A DNA stretch of 61,115 nucleotides from Raillietiella orientalis (taxonomy: Eukaryota): contig JAYWIR010000152.1 of the NCBI GenBank assembly GCA_036172245.1, positions 1 through 61,115 of the forward strand, read 5' to 3'. How positions within the stretch are numbered: the first letter of the stretch is position 1; each line of letters opens with the position of its first letter. A program made the translations under genes and the position numbers. Under the pieces are notes generated by a model. The model was not told the DNA's origin, ran no database searches, and worked only from the letters and a program-made list of their open reading frames with translations. Below are positions 1 to 8,250 of this stretch, one piece after another.

Positions 1-1025
1 AATGATGAAGTATTAAAATTAATTATCTTTTGTATCAGAGTGGAATTAATTGAAAATTTATATTTAATATTCGAATATTAATGAGTTAAATAAAATGATT
101 GTTTTATATGACAAAATATAATGGAATTTTATTTAGAGGTGATATACTGACAAATTAATATTTCTAATTATTAGTAAGTAAAAATTAGGGATAAGCTTAG
201 TTTATTCATAAATACAATGGTGGATGTAAATTATGAGCTTTGAAGTAGCTATTATAAAGTTTTAATACTAAGTTAATGTAGATTTTTAAAGTATTATTAT
301 AATGTAATGTAATTAATAATAATTTATGTGAAATAATGTTTCAATTAGTAAGATATTAGGTAAGATTAAATTGTAAAGTGAGAATATTATAAGGAATTCA
401 GCAAAAATTTGTTTAAACTGTTTCTTAAAGACATTTCCTTATGAGTAATATAAGGTATAATCTGCCCGGTGTATAATAAACAGCTGCGGTATATTGACTG
501 TACTAAGGTAGCATAATAATTAGTTATTTAATTGGTAACCTGAATGAAAGATTGTATTAAGCAAAACTGTCTTATTTTGTGTATTTGAATTTAATTTTAT
601 AGTGAAAAATCTATAATGAATTTAGGGGACGAGAAGACCCTTTAGAACTAGTGTCTTTGAATAAATTGAAAATGTGGTAGTAAGCGTAGATTTTGATGAG
701 ATGTTATCTGGGGCGGATAATGAAGAATTTATCTTCGTAGTTTAGTAATTATATGTTAAGTAATATTGATCTTGAAATGAAGAAAAAGTTACCTAAGGGA
801 TAACAGCGTAATTTTCATGGAGAGTTCTAATTGATGTGAAATTTTGCGACCTCGATGTTGAATTAGGTATCTATAAGATGAATAAGGTTTATAGTAGCAG
901 TCTGTTCGACTGAAAATCCTACATGATTTGAGTTTAGATCGGCGTAAGCCAGATTGGTTTCTATCTTTAAATAATGGTATATTTTCTTAGTACGAAAGGA
1001 TTGGAAAATTGAAATATTTTTTAGG
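1..1025 (+). rRNA. rrnL: Mitochondrial large-subunit (16S) rRNA, 5'-truncated by window; 3' boundary approximate
   Basis: Conserved metazoan mt-16S motifs in order: ATCTTTTGTATCAG (~25), AAGGAATTCAGCAAA...CTGTTTCTTAAAGACAT (16Sar-like, ~391-434), AAGGTAGCATAAT (~505), GACGAGAAGACCC (~628), GGGATAACAGCGTAAT (~798), GCGACCTCGATGTTGAATT (~846), ACATGATTTGAGTTTAGATCGG (16Sbr-like, ~921), TAGTACGAAAGGA (~988). Confidence 0.95.
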
Positions 1026-1043
1026 TAATGAAAGATTTTAATA

Positions 1044-1087
1044 TCTATGAATTATGAAATTATTTAGATAGTTGGAATTTCTTAGTA
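1044..1087 (+). tRNA. Possible armless tRNA-Leu(TAG), very tentative
   Basis: Sits where trnL1 lies in ancestral arthropod order (rrnL-trnL-nad1). Acceptor TCTATGA/TCTTAGT pairs 5 of 7; stem AATTA/TAGTT closes a 6-nt loop TTTAGA; no D or T arm. Confidence 0.2.
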
Positions 1088-1130
1088 TTAATGATTAGAG
1101 ATATCAGGTATTTTGAAAATTAATGTGTTA

Positions 1131-2003
1131 ATGATTGTTCAAAGAGTATTTGTGATGTTGATAGTATTGGTCAGTGTATCTTTTGTGACTCTGGTTGAGC
1201 GTAAGGTTTTGGGAAGGGTTCAATGACGCGAGAGGCCAGATAAGGTAGGAGTTGGTATTTTTCAGCCTTTTGTTGATGGTTTAAAGTTATTAAACAAGGG
1301 GTATTATAGTTTGATAGATAGAAATAAAGTAGGTTATAAGCTGGGTCCATTAATTATGGTGTCAGTGATGGTGGGAATATGAGTGATTTATCCTAGAGGT
1401 TGGGGATTAGTAGGAGGAGTAATGGGTTTGATATTGTTTGTATGTTATTTAACGGGGGGAATATATGGAGTATTGATAGGTGGTTGGGCTAGTAATAGGA
1501 AATATAGATATATTGGGGTGGTGCGTTCAGTAGCTCAAATGATTTCGTATGAGGTATGTATGATTGTTATATTGATGGGTATAGTAGTGTATTTAGGTGG
1601 ATATGAGTTAGATATGGAAGTAAGGGGTTGATTAGTATTTTGTAGGGCAGGTGGATTGATTGTATGAATTATTGTATGTTTGGTGGAGGTTAATCGTTTA
1701 CCGTATGATTTTTTAGAAAGTGAATCTGAGTTGGTATCTGGATATAATGTAGAATATGGTGGTATATTATTTGTCTTTTTATTTTTATCAGAGTACGGAT
1801 TTATTGTTTATTGAAGATTAATTACAAGATGATTATTTTTGGGAGGTTGTTATATGGTGAGAATTAAAAGGTTATTTGTAATGTATATAATTCTTTGATT
1901 ACGAGGGGTATTACCTCGTTATCGTTATGATAAATTGATATATTTATGTTGAGGTGTTTTACTGTATTGTGTATTTTATTTTTTATTGTGGGGGGAGGAG
2001 TAA
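1131..2003 (+). CDS. nad1: NADH dehydrogenase subunit 1 (invertebrate mitochondrial code); ~290 aa from ATG 1131, alternative in-frame ATN starts at 1101/1110/1119
   Basis: Open frame to TAA 2001-2003 when TGA=Trp. ND1 motifs: [83 protein letters not shown] and AGA occupy the Ser positions of GWASNSKYS. Confidence 0.96.
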
Positions 2004-2060
2004 GGATGGCAAGAATGAATGAGTACGATTTAATGGTGAGAATAAGGAGGTATGTAATGT

Positions 2061-2114
2061 CAAGAATTAGTTTATAAGAATATTAATTTTGGGTGTTAAA
2101 GGATTATTTCTTGA
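2061..2114 (+). tRNA. trnP: tRNA-Pro(TGG), lacking T-arm (TV-replacement loop)
   Basis: CAAGAAT-TA-GTTT/ATAA/GAAT-A-TTAAT[TTTGGGT]GTTAA-AGGATTA-TTTCTTG-A: 6/7 acceptor pairs, D-arm, anticodon arm, short loop in place of T-arm. Confidence 0.88.
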
Positions 2115-2125
2115 TAAAAGGTTAT

Positions 2126-2181
2126 TGCCTTTAATTTATTTTTGATTTACAAAATCAATGTTTTAATTAAACTAGTAAGGC
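2126..2181 (-). tRNA. trnT: tRNA-Thr(TGT), lacking T-arm
   Basis: Reverse complement GCCTTAC-TA-GTTT/AATTA/AAAC-A-TTGAT[TTTGTAA]ATCAA-AAATAAATT-AAAGGC-A: perfect anticodon stem, D-stem, GCCTT/AAGGC acceptor pairing. Confidence 0.9.
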
Positions 2182-2234
2182 TGGTATTGTGAGTGGAAGT
2201 AATGGAGGTTGGTGCATTTTGTTTAATATATTAT

Positions 2235-2288
2235 TGTTTTAAAATTTATTGATTTAAAAAATCAATGTTTTAATTAAATTAGTGAGGT
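2235..2288 (-). pseudogene. Degenerate duplicate of trnT with anticodon TTT (Lys-like)
   Basis: 36/40 nt identical to the trnT core (2142-2181 vs 2249-2288). Anticodon TGT->TTT; acceptor ACCTCAC/TTAAAAC no longer pairs; D-stem G-C changed to A-C. Confidence 0.75.
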
Positions 2289-2293
2289 TGGGC

Positions 2294-2475
2294 TTAGAGG
2301 GGGAATACGATGAAAAATAGGAAGTAAACAATTGATGCTGCTTGTCTAAGAGGTAATATGGATGAGGTAATGGTTTGGGTTCCTAATCATGTTAGAATAG
2401 AGAATGAGGATAGTAAGAATGATAGGAAGATTTTTTTTCTGAGGTAATAATGGGATGATGGTAAGGTTGGGGATT
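2294..2475 (-). CDS. cob: Cytochrome b, 3' fragment only (truncated by the satellite junction)
   Basis: Reverse strand reads ...SPTLPSSHYYLSKKIFLSFLLSSFSILTWLGTQTITSSMLPLSQAASIVYFLFFIVFPL* (TAA 2296-2294), matching the C-terminal LTWxG...Q.AS..YF pattern of cytochrome b. Confidence 0.82.
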
Positions 2476-5400
2476 AAACCAGGAAATTGGGAGGCTCTTC
2501 GGCTCTCCATGACAAGAATTTGCCACTCACTGCAAATCGATGCTACGTGAAGAGGCGCAAAAGTGCAATGGTGAAATCTTCTGAATTCGAGTTCATTTCA
2601 AAACCTGAAAAGTCGCAAATTTCGACCAAATAATGAATAAGAGCGAAAAAGAAGATTGCCTTTCAAATTCCAACATTGGTTACCATGAAAACAACACAGA
2701 ATGCAAGGTGCCACGCCCTAATGAAATGTCGGACTCTTCCTAATGATCCTGTGAAACCAGGAAATTGGGAGGCTCTTCGGCTCTCCATGACGGGAATTTG
2801 CCACTCACTGCAAATCGATGCTACGTGAAGAGGTGCAAAAGTGCAATGGTGAAATCTTCTGACTTCGAGTTGATTACAAAAGCTGAAAAGTGGCAAATTT
2901 CCACCAAATAATGAATAAGAGTGAAGGAGAAGATTGCCTTTCAAATTCAGACTTTCGTTACCATGAAAACAACACAGAATGCAAAGTGCCACGCCCTAAT
3001 GAAATGTCGGACTCTTCTTAATGATCCTCTGAAACCAGGAAATTGAGGCCCTTCGGCTCTCCATGACGGGAATTTGCCACTCACTGCAAATGGATGCTTC
3101 GTGAAGAGGCGCAAATGTACAATGGTGAAATCTTGTGACTTGGAGTTCATTACTAAACCTGAAAAGTGGCACATTTGGACCAAATAATGAATCAGAGCGA
3201 AGGAGAAGATTGCCTTTCAAATTCCGACATTGGTTACCATGAAAACAACACAGAATGCAAAGTGCCACGCCCTAATGAAATGTCGGACTCTTCTTAATGA
3301 TCCTCTGAATCCAGGAAATAGGGAGGCTCAGCGGCTCTCCATGACGGGAATGTTCCACTCACTCCAAATGGATGCTTCGTGAAGAGACGCAAAACTGCAA
3401 TGGTGAAATCTTCTGAATTCGAGTTCATTTCAAAACCTGAAAAGTGGCAAATTTGGACCAAATAATGAATCAGAGCGAAGAAGATTGCCTATCAAATTCC
3501 GACATTGGTTACCATAAAAACAACACAGAATGCAAAGTGCTACGCCGTAATGAAATGTCGGACTCTTGTTAATGATCCTCTGAAACCAGGAAATTGAGGC
3601 CCTTGGGCTCTCCGTGACAAGAATTTGCCACTCACTGCAAATCGATGCTACGTGAAGAGGCGCAAAAGTGCAATGGTGAAATCTTCTGACTTCGAGTTGA
3701 TTACAAAAGCTGAAAAGTGGCAAATTTCCACCAAATAATGAATAAGAGTGAAGGAGAAGATTGCCTTTCAAATTCAGACTTTCGTTACCATGAAAACAAC
3801 ACAGAATGCAAAGTGATACGCCCTAATGAAATGTCGGACTCTTCTTAATGATCCTCTGAAACCAGGAAATTGAGGCCCTTCGGCTCTCCATGACGGGAAT
3901 TTGCCACTCACTGCAAATGGATGCTTCGTGAAGAAGCGCAAATGTACAATGGTGAAATCTTGTGACTTGGAGTTCATTACTAAACCTGAAAAGTGGCACA
4001 TTTGGACCAAATAATGAATCAGAGCGAAGGAGAAGATTGCCTTTCAAATTCCGACATTGGTTACCATGAAAACAACACAGAATGCAAAGTGCCACGCCCT
4101 AATGAAATGTCGGACTCTTCTTAATGATCCTCTGAATCCAGGAAATAGGGAGGCTCAGCGGCTCTCCATGACGGGAATGTCCACTCACTCCAAATGGATG
4201 CTTCGTGAAGAGACGCAAAACTGCAATGGTGAAATCTTCTGAATTCGAGTTCATTTCAAAACCTGAAAAGTGGCAAATTTGGACCAAATAATGAATCAGA
4301 GCGAAGAAGATTGCCTTTCAAATTCCGACATTGGTTACCATAAAAACAACACAGAATGCAAAGTGCCACGCCCTAATGAAATGTCGGACTCTTCTTAATG
4401 ATCCTCTGAAACCAGGAAATTGGGAGGCTCTTCGGCTCTCCGTGACAAGAATTTGCCACTCACTGCAAATCGATGCTACGTGAAGAGGCGCAAAAGTGCA
4501 ATGGTGAAATCTTTTGACTTCGAGTTGATTACAAAAGCTGAAAAGTGGCAAATTTAGGCCAAATAATGAATAAGAGCGAAGGAGAAGAATGCCTTTCAAA
4601 TTCCGACTTTCGTTACCATGAAAACAAGACAGAATGCAAAGTGCGACGCCCTAATGAAATGTCGGACTCTTCTTAATGATCCTCTGAAACCAGGAAATTG
4701 AGGCCCTTGGGCTCTCCATGACCGGAATTTGTCACTCACTGCAAATGGATGCTTCGTGAATTGGCGCAAAAGTGCAATGGTGAAATTTTTTGACTTCGAG
4801 TTGATTACAAAAGCTGAAAAGTGGCAAATTTAGGCCAAATAATGAATAAGAGCGAAGGAGAAGAATCCCTTTCAAATTCCGACTTTCGTTACCATGAAAA
4901 CAACACAGAATGCAAAGTGCCACGCCCTAATGAATATCGGACTCTTCTTAATGATCCTCTGAAACCAGGAAATTGGGAGGCTCTTCGGCTCTCCATGACG
5001 GGAATTTGCCACTCACTGCAAATCGATGCTACGTGCAGAGGCGCAAAAGTGCAATGGTGAAATCTTCTGAATTCGATTTCATTTCAAAACCTGAAAAGTG
5101 GAAAATTTTGACCAAATAATGAATAAGAGCGAAGGAGAAGATTGCCTTTCACATTCCAACATTGGTTACCATGAAAACCACACAGAATGCAAAGTGCCAC
5201 GCCCTAATGAAATGTCGGACTCTTCCTCATGATCCTCTGAAACCAAGAAATTGGGAGGCTCTTCGGCTCTCCATGACAACAATTTGCCACTCACTGCAAA
5301 TCGATGCTACGTGAAGAGGTGCAAAAGTGCAATGGTGAACTCTTCTGACTTCGAGTTGATTATAAAAGCTGAAAAGTGGCAAATTTCCACCAAATAATGA

Positions 5401-8250
5401 ATCAGAGCGAAGGAGAAGATTGCCTTTCAAATTCCGACATTGGTTACCATGAAAACAACACAGAATGCAAAGTGCCACGCCGCAATGAAATGTCGAACTC
5501 TTCTTAATGATGGTCTGAATCCAGGAAATAGGGAGGCTCAACGGCTCTCCATGACGGGAATGTGCCACTCACTCCAAATGGATGCTACGTGAAGAGGCGC
5601 AAAAGTGCAATGGTGAAATCTTCTGAATTCGAGTTCATTTCAAAACCTGAAAAGTCGCAAATTTCGACCAAATAATGAATAAGAGCGAAAAAGAAGATTG
5701 CCTTTCAAATTCCAACATTGGTTACCATGAAAACAACACAGAATGCAAAGTGCCACGCCCTAATGAAATGTCGGACTCCACCTAATGATCCTCTGAAACC
5801 AGGAAATTGGGAGGCTCTTCGGCTCTCCATGACAAGAATTTGCCACTCACTGCAAATCGATGCTACGTGAAGAGTCGCAAAAGTGCAATGGTGAAATCTT
5901 CTGAATTCGAGTTCATTTCAAAACCTGAAAAGTGGCACATTTGGACCAAATAATGAATCAGAGCGAAGGAGAAGATTGCCTTTCAAATTCCGACATTGGT
6001 TACCATGAAAACAACACAGAATGCAAAGTGCCACGCCCTAATGAAATGTCGGACTCTTCTTAATGATCCTCTGAATCCAGGAAATAGGGAGGCTCAGCGG
6101 CTCTCCATGACGGGAATGTGCCACTCACTCCAAATGGATGCTTCGTGAAGAGACGCAAAACTGCAATGGTGAAATCTTCTGAATTCGAGTTCATTTCAAA
6201 ACCTGAAAAGTGGCAAATTTGGACCAAATAATGAATCAGAGCGAAGAAGATTGCCTTTCAAATTCCGACATTGGTTACCATAAAAACAACACAGAATGCA
6301 AAGTGCCACGCCCTAATGAAATGTCGGACTCTTCTTAATGATCCTCTGAAACCAGGAAATTGGGAGGCTCTTCGGCTCTCCATGACGGGAATTTGCCACT
6401 CACTGCAAATCGATGCTACGTGAAGAGGCGCAAAAGTGCAATGGTGAAATCTTTTGACTTCGAGTTGATTACAAAACCTGAAAAGTCGCAAATTTCGACC
6501 AAATAATGAATAAGAGCGAAGGAGAAGATTGCCTTTCAAATTCCGACATTGGTTACCATGAAAACAACACAGAATGCAAAGTGCCACGCCCTAATGAAAT
6601 GTCGGACTCTTCTTAATGATCCTCTGAAACCAGGAAATTGGGAGGCTCTTCGGCTCTCCATGACGGGAATTTTGCCACTCACTGCAAATGATGCCGTGGG
6701 CAAAAGTGCAATGGTGAAATCTTTTGACTTCGAGTTGATTACAAAAGCTGAAACTGGCAAATTTAGGCAAATAATGAATAAGAGCGAAGGAGAAGAATGC
6801 CTTTCAAATTCCAACTTTGTTAGCATGAAAAAAGAGAATGCAAAAAGTGACACCTAATGAAATGTCGGACTCTTCTTAATGACCTCAAACAGAAATTGAG
6901 CCCTTAGGCTCTCCATGACGAATTTGCCACTCACTGCAAATGGATGCTTCGTGAATAGGCGCAAAAGTGCAATGGTGAAATTTTTTGACTTCGAGTTGAT
7001 TACAAAAGCTGAAAAGTGGCAAATTTAGGCCAAAGAATGAATAAGAGCGAAGGAGAAGAATCCCTTTCAAATTCCGACTTTCGTTACCATGAAAACAAGA
7101 CAGAATGCAAAGTGCGACGCCCTAATGAAATGTCGGACTCTTCCTCATGATCCTCTGAAACCAGGAAATTGGGAGGCTCTTCGGCTCTCCATGACGGGAA
7201 TTTGCCACTCACTGCAAATCGATGCTACGTGAAGAGGCGCAAAAGTGCAATGGTGAAATCTTCTGAATTCGATTTCATTTCAAAACCTGAAAAGTGGCAA
7301 ATTTTGACCAAATAATGAATCAGAGCGAAGGAGAAGATTGCCTTTCAAGTTCCGACATGGGTTACCATGAAAACAACACAGAATGCAAAGTGCCACGCCC
7401 TAATGAATATCGGACTCTTCTTAATGATCCTCTGAAACCAGGAAATTGGGAGGCTCTTCGGCTCTCCATGACGGGAATTTGCCACTCACTGCAAATCGAT
7501 GCTACGTGAAGAGGCGCAAAAGTGCAATGGTGAAATCTTCTGAATTCGATTTCATTTCAAAACCTGAAAAGTGGCAAATTTTGACCAAATAATGAATCAG
7601 AGCGAAGAAGATTGCCTATCAAATTCCGACATTGGTTACCATAAAAACAACACAGAATGCAAAGTGCTACGCCGTAATGAAATGTCGGACTCTTCTTAAT
7701 GATCCTCTGAAACCAGGAAATTGGGAGGCTCTTCGGCTCTCCGTGACAAGAATTTGCCACTCACTGCAAATCGATGCTACGTGAAGAGGCGCAAAAGTGC
7801 AATGGTGAAATCTTTTGACTTCGAGTTGATTACAAAAGCTGAAAAGTGGCAAATTTAGGCCAAATAATGAATAAGAGCGAAGGAGAAGAATGCCTTTCAA
7901 ATTCCGACTTTCGTTACCATGAAAACAAGACAGAATGCAAAGTGCGACGCCCTAATGAAATGTCGGACTCTTCTTAATGATCCTCTGAAACCAGGAAATT
8001 GAGGCCCTTCGGCTCTCCATGACGGGAATTTGCCACTCACTGCAAATGGATGCTTCGTGAAGAGGCGCAAAAGTGCAATGGTGAAATCTTCTGAATTCGA
8101 TTTCATTTCAAAACCTGAAAAGTGGCAAATTTTGACCAAATAATGAATAAGAGCGAAGGAGAAGATTGCCTTTCACATTCCAACATTGGTTACCATGAAA
8201 ACCACACAGAATGCAAAGTGCCACGCCCTAATGAAATGTCGGACTCTTCC

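Larger units (their letters stand above)
1..2475. other. Mitochondrial-derived segment (probable NUMT, or mtDNA mis-joined to nuclear satellite)
   Basis: Compact rrnL-nad1-trnP-trnT-cob block with strong G+T skew on the + strand and mito genetic code (TGA=Trp, AGR=Ser). It ends inside cob at the first base of the satellite. Confidence 0.85.

Noticed and set aside
1030..1048. Hairpin AGAT-TTTAAT-ATCT as a trnL2 anticodon arm
   Set aside because: Only 4 bp with a 6-nt loop, no acceptor stem, and it overlaps the other weak candidate; probably rRNA tail or chance.
1233..1235. Ascidian-type code (AGR=Gly)
   Set aside because: AGG and AGA occupy conserved Ser sites in GWASNSKYS, and genes lie on both strands, unlike ascidian mtDNA.
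1383..1631. 82-aa ORF in the supplied track
   Set aside because: It is an internal piece of nad1 cut at TGA codons that encode Trp in the mitochondrial code.
1998..2060. tRNA-Leu(TAA)-like words (TGGCA...GATTTAA) just after nad1
   Set aside because: Neither anticodon stem nor acceptor stem pairs; at most an unprovable remnant.
2715..2765. Hammerhead-ribozyme-like words CTAATGA...GAAAC (satellite hammerheads are known in newts, schistosomes and cave crickets)
   Set aside because: The core reads CTAATGA/TTAATGA, not CTGANGA (essential G5 missing). The intervening TCCTCT cannot form stem II, and I found no matching stems I/III. An Infernal search with Rfam hammerhead models would settle it.
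2495..2800. CENP-B-box-like TTCG...CGGG in CTTCGGCTCTCCATGACGGG
   Set aside because: Spacing between TTCG and CGGG is 11 nt rather than the 7 nt of NTTCGNNNNANNCGGGN.
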